From: a virus
Taxonomy: Duplodnaviria; Caudoviricetes
Virus record (IMG/VR): IMGVR_UViG_3300046461_000177
Coordinates: 1,400 to 65,399 of that record
Length of the DNA: 64,000 nt
Direction: 5' to 3' (one strand)
Shown: in pieces, positions 28,339-38,496 of the stretch
Layout: each line of letters begins with the position of its first letter
How positions within the stretch are numbered: the first letter of the stretch is position 1
Translations under genes and position numbers: made by a program
The notes under the pieces: generated by a model
What the model was told of the DNA's origin: nothing
Seen by the model: only the letters and a program-made list of their open reading frames with translations
Databases searched by the model: none

Positions 28339-29745
28339 ATGGCACCCGCAAAGGTCGGCACCGCGCTCCAGTTCGTTGACACGAGCGCGGCTATCACGAC
28401 TCGGAACACGCCAGCGCTCCCGGCTGGCCTGGTGACCGGCAACATCATCACCTTCCATCTGTCGGGCGGGTCCAGTAGTGGCTCTCATCAGGTCGTGTCC
28501 AGCGGTGGGTTCATCACCTGGACACAGCTTGACGCCCTGACGACGGTCGCAGGTCTGCTCGACACGATGTGGATCGGGCTGGTGACGTCGAACTCGGCGG
28601 CCTCGTCGGTGTGTGCGGTCACGGCGAAGGATTCCACCGGCACGCTCATCGGCACCCGGATGTGGGGGCGGCTGCAGTGCTGGTCCGGGATGGATAGCTC
28701 CGGCACCGGTGGTATGAACGTCGTCAATCAGTACGCCAAGTCCATCAGTGGCACTTCGGCAAACAACGTCGTCACACCGAATACCCCAGCAACGACAGTC
28801 CCCAACTGTGTCCTGTGGTCTGCGGCCACGGGCGCGCGCAGTACAGCTCCTGCGATCAACTCCATCACCTATGAGGGCGGCACACCGGATGCCGTCTCGC
28901 CCTTGGCAGGAGGGAATGCCGATTCGGGCTCGGCGGTATCGGCGGACCTTGCTCCGATCACGTCCGGCGCGACACCCGGCGGCAAGACCTTCGCATTTTT
29001 CGACGCCACCCCGGCCGCCGTCAACGGCTCGCCGCGATCAGGCTGGACGCTGGCGCTCGCCCCGACCCCCACGGCACCGACCGTCACGGCGGCTATCGAC
29101 CAGACGGACCCGGCAACCGGGGTGCTCCTTACCCTGTCGGGAACGGTCACCGGTTCCGCGACATCCCGACTCTGGCGGGTTGTTTCCGGCCCGGCCAGCC
29201 CGTCGATCACCAACAGCACGACGAACACGGCGACCGTGACGCCCAGCGTTGCGGGCACCTACGTGTTCGGCTTCACGGCCACGAACGCTACGGGCACGTC
29301 ACCCGAGCAGACCGTGACGGCATACGTGCATCCGGCAGACGGCGCCGACGTGCCGGTGGTATCGGTGACGCTGCCATCTGCCTGGACGGTGTTCCCGTCC
29401 GGGACGGCACTGGCCAACGTCAACGACACCGATCCGACGACGGGCATTCAAAATGCCAGCGGTACGCCACTGCACACCGACAAGGCAACTCTGGTGTTCG
29501 CCCCGATGGGGCCGGGCACCATCTCGTTCGACCTGTACTCGTTCTATGTGACGACCGGTGTCACCGGCCGGGCGATCGTCTACAAGCCGGACGGCACGAC
29601 GCAGGTCTACCCGGCCAGCGGTGGGCATGACTGGACGCCGACAACCACGGAGGCGCTGCACACGGTCACCCTGGATGCGACAGCGCTCGCCAGTCTCACC
29701 ACCGTTGACCGGCGTGCGCTGGTCGTGAAGATTTCGGCGCAATGA
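28339..29745 (+). CDS. Virion adhesin with PKD/Ig-like domain
   Basis: TLSGTVT...W..VSGP...AGTYVFGFTATN PKD pattern. Confidence 0.65.
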   Translation: MAPAKVGTALQFVDTSAAITTRNTPALPAGLVTGNIITFHLSGGSSSGSHQVVSSGGFITWTQLDALTTVAGLLDTMWIGLVTSNSAASSVCAVTAKDSTGTLIGTRMWGRLQCWSGMDSSGTGGMNVVNQYAKSISGTSANNVVTPNTPATTVPNCVLWSAATGARSTAPAINSITYEGGTPDAVSPLAGGNADSGSAVSADLAPITSGATPGGKTFAFFDATPAAVNGSPRSGWTLALAPTPTAPTVTAAIDQTDPATGVLLTLSGTVTGSATSRLWRVVSGPASPSITNSTTNTATVTPSVAGTYVFGFTATNATGTSPEQTVTAYVHPADGADVPVVSVTLPSAWTVFPSGTALANVNDTDPTTGIQNASGTPLHTDKATLVFAPMGPGTISFDLYSFYVTTGVTGRAIVYKPDGTTQVYPASGGHDWTPTTTEALHTVTLDATALASLTTVDRRALVVKISAQ

Positions 29746-30203
29746 GCTACCAGGTCACCCGAGCGGTCGGCCGTGCGACCAACCGGACCTTCGTCGTCAC
29801 CCATGTCGTTGGCCGCGCCACGAGCGACCGAAGTTACCGGGTAACCCGTGTCGTCGGCCGGGCTACAGGCATGGGTGGATCGACAGGCACCTGGAAGGTG
29901 ACCCGCGCGGTCGGCCGGGCGCAGGCAGGTTCCGTACCGTCCGGGCCGCTCGCAGAACCCTTTGATCTCGTGGCGCTCGGGGACGGGGTGTGGGTCCAGA
30001 CCGGCGGCCCAGCAGTCACGCTGACCGCGTCGGGTGTGTTCGTGGCGCCGGCGCTCCCGAACGGTGCCGATCTGACGTTCCAGTCCGGCCCCATTTCCGC
30101 CTCGATCCATATCAACCCACACACGGTGTTCGGCACCAAGAGCACGTTCCCGGACCCTCTATACGTTTCGCCGCGCTCCGAACCGAGACCGACCGTCACC
30201 TGA
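29742..30203 (+). CDS. Structural protein with four VT(R/H)(A/V)VGRA repeats
   Basis: N-terminal repeats, then WVQTGGPAVTL PKD-like segment. Confidence 0.6.
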   Translation: MSYQVTRAVGRATNRTFVVTHVVGRATSDRSYRVTRVVGRATGMGGSTGTWKVTRAVGRAQAGSVPSGPLAEPFDLVALGDGVWVQTGGPAVTLTASGVFVAPALPNGADLTFQSGPISASIHINPHTVFGTKSTFPDPLYVSPRSEPRPTVT

Positions 30204-30235
30204 CGGCCTACGCTTCGACATGGAGGGAGTCCCAT

Positions 30236-30559
30236 ATGCCGCTGAACATCGGGTACATCGAGCTTGGTGGTGGCGGTGTCGTCGCCCGTGTCTACTACGA
30301 CGCCACCTTCACCCCGGTTGGCGATGACCAACCGTTGATCAACGGACCGCGCGGGTTCTGCCTCGACCTGACGAACGTGTCAGGCGCGAATGCGAAGGTC
30401 ACCGTGTTCGGACTGACAGGCAACCCGCAGGTCATCACCATCGGCCAGGGTGACCCTGTCACCGGCGGACCCGTGGCAGGACGTTCGAGGACAGCCGCGC
30501 AGTTGGCGGCGTTCGGGTTCACCACACGTGGCGATGCCGGCCAGATTTCGATCGAATAG
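30236..30559 (+). CDS. Hypothetical virion protein
   Basis: RBS GGAGGGAG. Confidence 0.6.
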   Translation: MPLNIGYIELGGGGVVARVYYDATFTPVGDDQPLINGPRGFCLDLTNVSGANAKVTVFGLTGNPQVITIGQGDPVTGGPVAGRSRTAAQLAAFGFTTRGDAGQISIE

Positions 30560-30574
30560 CCGTGATGATCGTGG

Positions 30575-31294
30575 GTGGTTCTTATCGCTAAGTGGATCAA
30601 CCATGTGACCATCGCTGCGCCGCGGAACGCGACGACAACACACACGGTGAATCCCAACTCTGGGACGACATCGTCGGGGACGTTGTTCTCTCCCACAGCG
30701 GGGAACCTGCTCGTCTGCCTAGCGGAGGGTGGGGTGACGTCCACCACGCCAGCAGGGTGGACGCTTCCAACTGGTGGATCGGCTGTTAACAGTTCAGGCT
30801 TGTATTTGTGGTGGATCACCGCGGCCGGTGGCGACACGTTCACCACGACGCATAACGGTTCCAATTACCCCGTGGTGTTCGATTTCTACGAGTTCCCAGC
30901 CGGGTCGACGTTCGTCAAGGCAGCGGCGGCAACAGCGGTCGCGAATACGTCATCCGCTGGGCCGACGATCTCATCCCTGACCGGGACGAACCTGATCTGC
31001 GGTTCGCTCGGGCATAACATACCAACGGGTGCGACGGGTCCGTCCGTGGTGTGGGGATCCGGCACTGAGCTACTGGACGTCAACACTCTGTTCTCCACCA
31101 CGGACGGGTACCTGTACTCACTGGCTTACCTCGAAGATTCCGTGCTGACCTCTACCAGCATGAGCACCACCGTTACGGTCAGCGGCGGCACGGCGACAAC
31201 CAATGAACGGTTGATCTTCGCGGTGAACGTCGCGGCCGGTGGAGCACCAGCCATTCCCCCGATTCTTGTCATGCAAACCAGAAGGGCCTACTAA
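30575..31294 (+). CDS. Beta-rich virion protein
   Basis: PTAGNLLV...TPAGWT domain. Confidence 0.6.
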   Translation: MVLIAKWINHVTIAAPRNATTTHTVNPNSGTTSSGTLFSPTAGNLLVCLAEGGVTSTTPAGWTLPTGGSAVNSSGLYLWWITAAGGDTFTTTHNGSNYPVVFDFYEFPAGSTFVKAAAATAVANTSSAGPTISSLTGTNLICGSLGHNIPTGATGPSVVWGSGTELLDVNTLFSTTDGYLYSLAYLEDSVLTSTSMSTTVTVSGGTATTNERLIFAVNVAAGGAPAIPPILVMQTRRAY

Positions 31295-31734
31295 TGTCCA
31301 AGTTCGTAGCCGGGCTGACAACAGCGGCAGGATCAACTACGCTGCCGGTCGCCGCGCTGGTCGGCGGCACAGGTGCCCGAATCCGTATCAGCGAGATCGG
31401 GGTATTCAACACCACCGCAACTGCGTGCAACCTTGTCCTGTGCAGGTTGTCAACCGCCGGCACGCCGGGCACCGCCGCGACGTCACGGCTCACGGACATG
31501 GGCGACGGCGCGACCGCAGTGGGCACGCTCCGCAACACCTACACATCCACGGCTCCGACAACGACAGAGTTGGGGATCGGATTCCCCCTTGGCGCAGCCA
31601 TTGGATCTGGGATCGTACTGGCCTTCCCCGACGACGTGCTAACGATCGACAAGGTCGCTAACGCGGGGATCGGGTTCCTGGTGGAGTCCGGAACGGGGCA
31701 GGCAGTAAGGCTATGGGTGCGGTGGAACGAGTAA
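31294..31734 (+). CDS. Hypothetical virion protein
   Basis: TAATG coupling. Confidence 0.6.
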   Translation: MSKFVAGLTTAAGSTTLPVAALVGGTGARIRISEIGVFNTTATACNLVLCRLSTAGTPGTAATSRLTDMGDGATAVGTLRNTYTSTAPTTTELGIGFPLGAAIGSGIVLAFPDDVLTIDKVANAGIGFLVESGTGQAVRLWVRWNE

Positions 31735-31779
31735 TCGGTGGTCGTACTGTCCTGATCTAGGTAGGCAAGGAGGTGGTCC

Positions 31780-34700
31780 GTGAGCAGGTATCTGCGCTAC
31801 GGCACTCCCCAGCCCGCTCAGGTCGCAGGCGGCGGTACGCGAATCATTCGCCCTGCGGCAAGTGTCGTTGCATCATCGCAACCGGCAGTCGTTGCGGTCA
31901 CCGCAACGGTCACCGCCGATGGCATTGTCGGCGAGTCGACCAGCGCCGCGGTGTCCATCAGTGCAACCGTCGCAGCTTCCGGCGTAATCGGAGTCTCCAC
32001 CGGCGCCACGGTTGCAATCACGGCCAGTGTGTCCGCCATCGGCACCGGCCCTGGCGGGGTCACCCCACTGGGCTACGTCACCCTAGGCGATGCAGCGAAC
32101 ACCACTACACATACCACCACCGCACTGCCCACTGGCCTTCAGGTTGGTGATGCAGTTTTCGTGGGCATGGTCGGTGGGGCGAACACGTGGGATCACCGTG
32201 TCCAGTCGCTGGGTGGTGACATCACCTGGACCCAGGTCATGGTGGAGAACTCGGCCGCCGGTCACCTGTCGTCAATCTGGCGGGGCGACGTCACCAGTAC
32301 CAGCGCCAGCGGAAGCACCCTGGACCTGGATGCACTTTCGGCTTCTGTCGTGCAGTCCACGAAGCTATCGGTGGTGGGTGTAGCTGTTCGCGGCCTGGCG
32401 GCGATCGACAAGTTCGACGGAAATGTTTCCGCCACCAGCAATGTCAACACGGTGACGCCGGTACTAGCAGCCACCGCAGCAGCTTCCGATGTCTTGCTGT
32501 CCTTCGTGATGGCCTCCAGGGCGACCACCAACAACACGGCATTCACTTACGACGGCGGCCCCGTCGATGCCATGGCGTTCTCGGCCGATGGTGGTTCCGG
32601 CGTCCATGGTGTTGGCCTTAAAATCGACTTGACGCCGATCACGGCTGGCTCGACCCCTGGTGGGCATACCTTCACGGCCGACGTTGGTGGCACTCCTCGG
32701 TCGTCGTACTCGATCGCTGTCGCACTTCCGGCCACGCCCACCTCCGATGCCACTGTGCCGATCGCGGCCAGCGTTATCAGTGCAGGAAGCACCGGTATCA
32801 CTGGTGCTGCAGCCGTTGCGGTTACAGCGACAATCACTGCTAGTGGCACGGTCGGCCGGCTCAGCGGCGGCTCGGTACCCATTACCGCAACGACAATCAC
32901 CGCTGGGTCGGTTGCGACCTCATCCTCGGCCTCTGTTGCCACCACGGCGTCTATTACTGCAGCGGGGGTCGTCGGAAGGTCCACCGGGGCGTCCGTCTCG
33001 ACTACTGTCTCGACCACGGCATCTGGCTCCGTGGCGGCAACCGGTGCGACCGTCGTCGGCACCACCGTCACCACTGTGGCCAGCGGTGCGGCAAACCTGA
33101 CCGGCACCGCGGCGGTGGCGACCACTGCGGCCGTAACCAGCACGGGCAGTACCGGCCGCAGCGCCGGTGCGACGGCTTCAGTGGCTGTCTCTGTCGCTGC
33201 CTCCGGGGCCACCGGTCTCTCGTCCGGCGCCAATGTTGCGACTACGGCGAACACGGCCGTGGCGGGTTCGACTGTGTTGTCAGGGTCGGCCGCTGCTGCG
33301 ACTACCGCAACAATCACCCCCACCGGCGTGGTTGGCCTCTCCAGCGGCGCCGCCGTGCCGGTCACGGCTACGGTCGCGCTTGCCGGGTCGACGGCCCTGA
33401 CCGGCGCCACCACGCTTCCCATCTCGGCGACGATCACCGCCGCAGGCACTGTGGGGAAGGTCGGCGCCGCATCGGTCGCAACGGCCGTCAGTATCATTAC
33501 CGCCGGCGTGGTCGGCCTCAGTGGCAGTGTCAGCGTCGCGATCACCGCAAGTGTTTCGGACACCGGATCCGCGGACCTGTCCAGGACCGCGAGCCTGGCC
33601 ATTACCGCGTCCGTGTCGACCAGCGGCACGACCGTGCTCACTCAGACCTCGACCGTTCCGATCAGCGTCACCACCACTGCGACCGGCAACGTCGCGACTT
33701 CGTCCGGCGCGGTGGTTGCGATCGCTGCTTCCGTCGCTGGCGTGGGAGCGGCCAGCAGGACCGGTGCAGCGGCGCTGGCAGTCACGGTCACGGTCGCAGC
33801 CACCGGCGTCGTCACCTCCGGGCTGTCCGGGACCGCTGCGGTTACGACTACGGCAAACATCACGGCCGCAGGCAATGTCGCGACATCGTCGAGTGTTGTC
33901 GTTGCTACCACAACCACCATCACTCCAGGTCTGACCGTCGGCCGCAGTACCAGCGCGGGCGTCCCCGTCACTGCCGCAGTGGTTGCCACTGGCAGTGCGT
34001 CCAGAACCGGTACGGCAACGATCGCCACGACCGCCTCCGTCGTGGCCGCCGGAGTCGTTGGCGTATCAGGGTCAGTCGCGGTTATCGCAACAGCCAGTGT
34101 GGTCGCCTCCGGTAGTGCCGGCCTGACCACCACCGCAGCAGCCGTTGCCACCACCGCAACCGTGACGGCTGCAGGTTCGGTCACCGCTGGGCTCGCCAGC
34201 AGTGCCAGCCGGGCAACGGTGGTCACGGTCGCCAGTGCTGGCCAGGTCGGAACCTCCAGCGACGTGGCCATCGGCGTCGGCGTGACCGTCGCGAGCACTG
34301 GCACTACCGCAACCAGCCGAGGCGCCACCGTCGCCACCACGGCTGCGATCGTCGCCGCCGGCTTGCGCGGCACCACCACCGGATCAACCGTCGCGGTCGT
34401 CGCAACCGTCACAGCCACCGGCTTGGTTGGTCAGCCGGGCGGCGCCAGTGTTCCCGTCACGGCGCTGATCACCGCCACCGGCCAGGTGTCCGTTACTGGC
34501 GCCGTCTCGGTCCCGGTTGCTGTCGATGTAATCGCGACGGGCTCCGTGCAGGTCACGACCCCGCCGACATCCAAGGGCATCACGTTCACGCTGATCGCGA
34601 CCGGCGTGGTCGGCATGAGTTCGGCCGTGGCGGTGGTCATCTCGACCGGTATCGATGTCACCGGCAAGCTGACCGGCGGAACGGTGGCGGCGCCGGTCAC

Positions 34701-35004
34701 GGTGACAGTGATCGCGAGCGGTGCGGTTGCCACGTCAGCCGGCGCCATCGTCGCGATCGACGTAGGACTGCAACTCGACGGTGTGATCCGGGGACTGTCG
34801 CTCTATCACGGCCCGAAGATCACCGTCGGCTCGCCGGAGGACTCTCCACTGGACGTGCGCCCAGCGCGCAGATCACTGGTCGGCGTTGGCCGCATCTCGG
34901 TGGGGCGTTTCGGCGCAGGCTCGCCGACGACTGGCGGACCTACGATTGGCGGACCGCGCAGGCCGCGAACGGTCGGCACACCCAACGACGCCAATAGGGG
35001 ATAG
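31780..35004 (+). CDS. Long Ala/Thr/Val/Ser/Gly repeat fibre protein
   Basis: About 19-aa periodic A.V...A.V.A.G repeats with inserted globular domain; RBS AAGGAGG. Confidence 0.7.
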   Translation: MSRYLRYGTPQPAQVAGGGTRIIRPAASVVASSQPAVVAVTATVTADGIVGESTSAAVSISATVAASGVIGVSTGATVAITASVSAIGTGPGGVTPLGYVTLGDAANTTTHTTTALPTGLQVGDAVFVGMVGGANTWDHRVQSLGGDITWTQVMVENSAAGHLSSIWRGDVTSTSASGSTLDLDALSASVVQSTKLSVVGVAVRGLAAIDKFDGNVSATSNVNTVTPVLAATAAASDVLLSFVMASRATTNNTAFTYDGGPVDAMAFSADGGSGVHGVGLKIDLTPITAGSTPGGHTFTADVGGTPRSSYSIAVALPATPTSDATVPIAASVISAGSTGITGAAAVAVTATITASGTVGRLSGGSVPITATTITAGSVATSSSASVATTASITAAGVVGRSTGASVSTTVSTTASGSVAATGATVVGTTVTTVASGAANLTGTAAVATTAAVTSTGSTGRSAGATASVAVSVAASGATGLSSGANVATTANTAVAGSTVLSGSAAAATTATITPTGVVGLSSGAAVPVTATVALAGSTALTGATTLPISATITAAGTVGKVGAASVATAVSIITAGVVGLSGSVSVAITASVSDTGSADLSRTASLAITASVSTSGTTVLTQTSTVPISVTTTATGNVATSSGAVVAIAASVAGVGAASRTGAAALAVTVTVAATGVVTSGLSGTAAVTTTANITAAGNVATSSSVVVATTTTITPGLTVGRSTSAGVPVTAAVVATGSASRTGTATIATTASVVAAGVVGVSGSVAVIATASVVASGSAGLTTTAAAVATTATVTAAGSVTAGLASSASRATVVTVASAGQVGTSSDVAIGVGVTVASTGTTATSRGATVATTAAIVAAGLRGTTTGSTVAVVATVTATGLVGQPGGASVPVTALITATGQVSVTGAVSVPVAVDVIATGSVQVTTPPTSKGITFTLIATGVVGMSSAVAVVISTGIDVTGKLTGGTVAAPVTVTVIASGAVATSAGAIVAIDVGLQLDGVIRGLSLYHGPKITVGSPEDSPLDVRPARRSLVGVGRISVGRFGAGSPTTGGPTIGGPRRPRTVGTPNDANRG

Positions 35005-35006
35005 AC

Positions 35007-35303
35007 ATGGCCTCCTGTACCGCACGAGCGTTCGTCACCCTGGGTCGGGCCGACCGGACTACCATCTCCTGGCCGGTCACCGGTGTCGCTGACACCGACA
35101 GTGCTGACGTGTCCCTGGAGGGCGGTCCGTGGTGGCCGCTGGAAGTCGGGGTCGGCACGGTTACCGGTTATTTCGCTGGGCCTGATTTCGTGACACCCGG
35201 TACCGCGCATGTGGTTTCGGTTACTTCTCACGCGGAGATCCGAGTGTCCAACGCTGACATCTCCGAGACCTTCGATGGCGGGTTCATTCAGCTCGTGCCC
35301 TGA
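35007..35303 (+). CDS. Hypothetical virion protein
   Basis: ORF closing fibre block. Confidence 0.55.
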   Translation: MASCTARAFVTLGRADRTTISWPVTGVADTDSADVSLEGGPWWPLEVGVGTVTGYFAGPDFVTPGTAHVVSVTSHAEIRVSNADISETFDGGFIQLVP

Positions 35304-35307
35304 AATG

Positions 35308-35336
35308 TGGACAGTATCCGGAACCGGATGTACGGT
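35308..35336 (+). promoter_or_regulatory. SigA-like promoter for major capsid with palindromic spacer
   Basis: TGGACA-17-TACGGT; ATCCGG-AA-CCGGAT palindrome in spacer. Confidence 0.55.
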
Positions 35337-35424
35337 GCGTAACGAGCGCCCCGCCGGTCGGTGAACACCCCCGCCTTGTGAGTACCTCTGAGGATGGTCC
35401 GTTGTTGACCCCTGGAGGACCCGA

Positions 35425-37194
35425 ATGGCTCTCGACATCGCGGCGGCGTACGCCCGGCTCGCAGAACTCACCCCCGCCGAACTCGCCTCGCTGAGTCAGG
35501 CACTCAACGACGCATTCATCGCGGCCGACGCCGATGACGACGTCGACATCGCCAAGCTGGAGGAGATCGCGACCCAGTTCGACGCCGTCCGGGCACGGAT
35601 CGCCGAGCCCGCACCGCCTCCTCCGGTCGCCGAGCCGGTCACCCCCGCAGCGCCGGTCGCAGCCACGGAGCCCGAGAAGCCGGCTGAGCCTGTGGTCGAG
35701 GCTCCGGTCGCGGTCACCGAGACCCTCGCCCCTGCGCAGGAGACCATCACCGTCCCTCCGCTGGAAGCAACGACCAGCACCACTGTCACCGAGACCCCTG
35801 CACCCGCAGCGGAAGTCACCACCATCACCCCCGAAGCCCCAGCCGCTGCCGAAGTTCAGGAAGGACTCCCCGTGGCCGCAAGTGCAAGCACCACCGTCGC
35901 TGTTCCACGAGGCGCGGAGCCCGTTGTCGCCAGCGGCCCGAGCAACCACGTCTTCGCCGGACACGGCATCAACGGCTTCACCGCCGGTGAGGAGATCGCC
36001 GACGGCAAGAAGTTCGGTGAGGCCCTCGCCACCCGGATCAACTCGCTGCTGCGGCTCAACGGCGGCGACGGCGAGCAGGTCGTCATCGCCTCGATCAAGG
36101 CCCCGGCGCCCGACGATCGCACGCTCTCCATGGGTGACGCGCTCGGCAATGGCGACAAGATCCGCGCCGTCATCGACCAGGACGCCATGGTCGAGGGCAA
36201 CGGCGCCAACGCGCTCGTCGCGTCCGGCGGCTGCTGCGCCCCCCTGGTCACCAAGTACGACCTGTGGGACAACGGTGGCGACACCTCCCGCCCGGTCAAG
36301 GATTCCCTCGCGGGCTTCCGGGCCGACCGCGGCGGCATCCGGTTCTTTGCCGGGCCGGTATTGGCCGACCTCGAAGGCGCGGTTGGGTTCTGGACCTGCA
36401 CCGACGACGCCAACGCGGACGCGGCGACGCCGTCCACCTGGAAGGTCTGCGCGCGGATCAACTGCCCGCCGGAGCAGACGGCGGAACTGCAGGCCGTGAC
36501 GATGTGTCTTACCTTCGGCGTCCTGCAGACCCGGATCTTCCCGGAGCTGGCGGTCGCCAACAACAAGATGCTGCTGGTCGCGCAGGCCCGCATCGCCGAC
36601 GCCGCCCTGCTCGCGCAGATCAAGGCCGGCTCCACGGCGGTCACCGACGGCGGCACCCCGTGGGGCGCCGTGCGCGACCTGATGAACTCGCTGTCCCGGG
36701 CGTCGATGTACTACCGGGATCGCTACCGGATCAAGACCGCGCCGCTGCGGGCGATCTTCCCCTCCTGGGTCCTGGAGCTGATGCGTACCGAGCTGATGAC
36801 CGGCCCGGACTGGGGTCGGGATTTCAGTCGCCACTACGGAGTCTCCGAGGACGAGGTGCGCTCGTTCTTCGCCAGCAGGAACATCAACGTCACCTTCACC
36901 CAGGATTCCTCGGCGCCAGCCACCCTGGGTGGCGGGTTCTTCCCGGCGATCTCCGGCGCGGCCCTGCCGGCGTTCCCGACCACCGTGCAGTGGGCACTGT
37001 TCCCCGAGGGCGCCTGGCTGTTCCTCGACGGCGGCCAGCTCGACCTCGGCATCGTCCGGGATTCGACCTTGGTCCGGACGAATGATTACATGCAGTTCAG
37101 CGAGACCTTCGAGGCCGCGGCGCATATCGGCGGCGAGTCCCTCTGGGTCACGTCCACCGTCTCCGTGTCCGGCCAGTACCCGACCGCGGTCTGA
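35425..37194 (+). CDS. Major capsid (hexamer) protein with N-terminal scaffold region
   Basis: LVASGGCCAP, RGGIRF, CLTFG, FPEL, LDGGQLDLGIVRDSTL..NDY..F.ETFE as in cluster-B-like capsids. Confidence 0.85.
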   Translation: MALDIAAAYARLAELTPAELASLSQALNDAFIAADADDDVDIAKLEEIATQFDAVRARIAEPAPPPPVAEPVTPAAPVAATEPEKPAEPVVEAPVAVTETLAPAQETITVPPLEATTSTTVTETPAPAAEVTTITPEAPAAAEVQEGLPVAASASTTVAVPRGAEPVVASGPSNHVFAGHGINGFTAGEEIADGKKFGEALATRINSLLRLNGGDGEQVVIASIKAPAPDDRTLSMGDALGNGDKIRAVIDQDAMVEGNGANALVASGGCCAPLVTKYDLWDNGGDTSRPVKDSLAGFRADRGGIRFFAGPVLADLEGAVGFWTCTDDANADAATPSTWKVCARINCPPEQTAELQAVTMCLTFGVLQTRIFPELAVANNKMLLVAQARIADAALLAQIKAGSTAVTDGGTPWGAVRDLMNSLSRASMYYRDRYRIKTAPLRAIFPSWVLELMRTELMTGPDWGRDFSRHYGVSEDEVRSFFASRNINVTFTQDSSAPATLGGGFFPAISGAALPAFPTTVQWALFPEGAWLFLDGGQLDLGIVRDSTLVRTNDYMQFSETFEAAAHIGGESLWVTSTVSVSGQYPTAV

Positions 37195-37229
37195 TCACCC
37201 TCCTACTAACCTGAGAAGGGAGATCGACC

Positions 37230-38390
37230 ATGGCAGGGTATGTGCAGGACAACTCGGCTTCGGTCCGGGGCGTCGCGCTCCGGGCCACCCGCCTCACGGC
37301 CGACGGCTCACCCGCCGCCGGCGGTGCCGACGGTTGCGATTCGTACATCACCGGTGGGTTCATCAAGTTCACGTTCACACCGGTGTACTCCACTGGCGAC
37401 GAGATCGAGGTCAAGAACGCCGCTGGCGAGGTCTGCGTCTATTTCAAGATGCCGGACACGATGAAGAATGTCACCTTCAACCTCGAAATCTGCGACCCTG
37501 ACCCGGTTCTCACGCAGATGCTGGTCGGCGGCGACGTGCTCACCGCCGCCTACAACTCCAACCTGGCGCCGCCCGGAATGACCGTTGGGCAGATCGCCGC
37601 AGTCGGCTACGCGGCCGAAGCGATCGGCGTGGAGGCCACTCCGTACGGCGTGGCGCTGGAAGTCTGGGCGCAGGCCGTTGTCGGTGGCAAGGCTGCCAAC
37701 ACGGCGCCTTACTGGCACTACGTTTTCCCGTATGTCACGTTCCGGCTCGACGGCGACCGCGTCGTTGAGAACGGCGCGCTTGCAACGGTGTTCGTCGGAA
37801 CCGGCGGCGGTAACGCGGCCTTCGGTACTGGTCCCAATCTCGATACCACCGGCGTCACGCCGTCGCCGTCGAGCACTGCTTGGGACTGGGCGTTCCCGTC
37901 GTTCACCGACCGGCCCTACCTCTACGCGCGGTCTGTCGACGCGCCGGTGGGCCTGCGCGGGTGCTTCGTGAACCTGGGGATTCCTCTGACAGCCATTACG
38001 GCTGGGATCCCGGCCACGCTGACGCCGGTCAACGGGACGCGGCCCGCCGACCTCGCAGCACTGACGCTGGCTGGGGCGCTGGGCAACGTCGCGAGTTGGA
38101 CCGCAGGACAGTACGTGGTCTTGGGTGATGGCTCGGAAGCCTATTGGGATGGCAACTCATGGGAGCAGGGGCGTAAGGCCGCTTCGGTCATTACGGCCAC
38201 TACCGCGACGATGGGCACTCCAGGTTTCTACGGTCCGACGGGCGCAGCGAACCCTGCCAACCTCGCGGCCATGTCCTCGATCACGGCTATTCCAACGACC
38301 GCGTGGACGACGGGGACCTATGTAAACGTGGCCGACGGGACCCGGGCGAACTGGTCGGGCACCGCCTGGGCCGCGGGTGCCCACGCATAG
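37230..38390 (+). CDS. Major tail tube protein with two C-terminal accessory repeats
   Basis: RATRL..DG, GDEIEVKNAAGEVCV, LEICDPDP; 2x W..G.YV...DG..A.W.G..W. Confidence 0.8.
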   Translation: MAGYVQDNSASVRGVALRATRLTADGSPAAGGADGCDSYITGGFIKFTFTPVYSTGDEIEVKNAAGEVCVYFKMPDTMKNVTFNLEICDPDPVLTQMLVGGDVLTAAYNSNLAPPGMTVGQIAAVGYAAEAIGVEATPYGVALEVWAQAVVGGKAANTAPYWHYVFPYVTFRLDGDRVVENGALATVFVGTGGGNAAFGTGPNLDTTGVTPSPSSTAWDWAFPSFTDRPYLYARSVDAPVGLRGCFVNLGIPLTAITAGIPATLTPVNGTRPADLAALTLAGALGNVASWTAGQYVVLGDGSEAYWDGNSWEQGRKAASVITATTATMGTPGFYGPTGAANPANLAAMSSITAIPTTAWTTGTYVNVADGTRANWSGTAWAAGAHA

Positions 38391-38404
38391 CGTTTCGTAC
38401 CAAA

Positions 38405-38447
38405 CTCTCTCGCCGGACGTGTACCCGGCAAGCGTTCGGCGAGAGGG
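38405..38447. terminator. Hairpin after major tail gene
   Basis: CTCTCTCGCCGGACG / CGTTCGGCGAGAGGG stem. Confidence 0.6.
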
Positions 38448-38496
38448 GCACTCTGCTGATGGGGATGGAGGTTCGGTGGTATCGCGCACGTCTCCA

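Noticed and set aside
35284-37125. 613-aa minus-strand ORF (and similar ones opposite TMP, portal, VirB4)
   Set aside because: Shadow frames of well-supported plus-strand genes.
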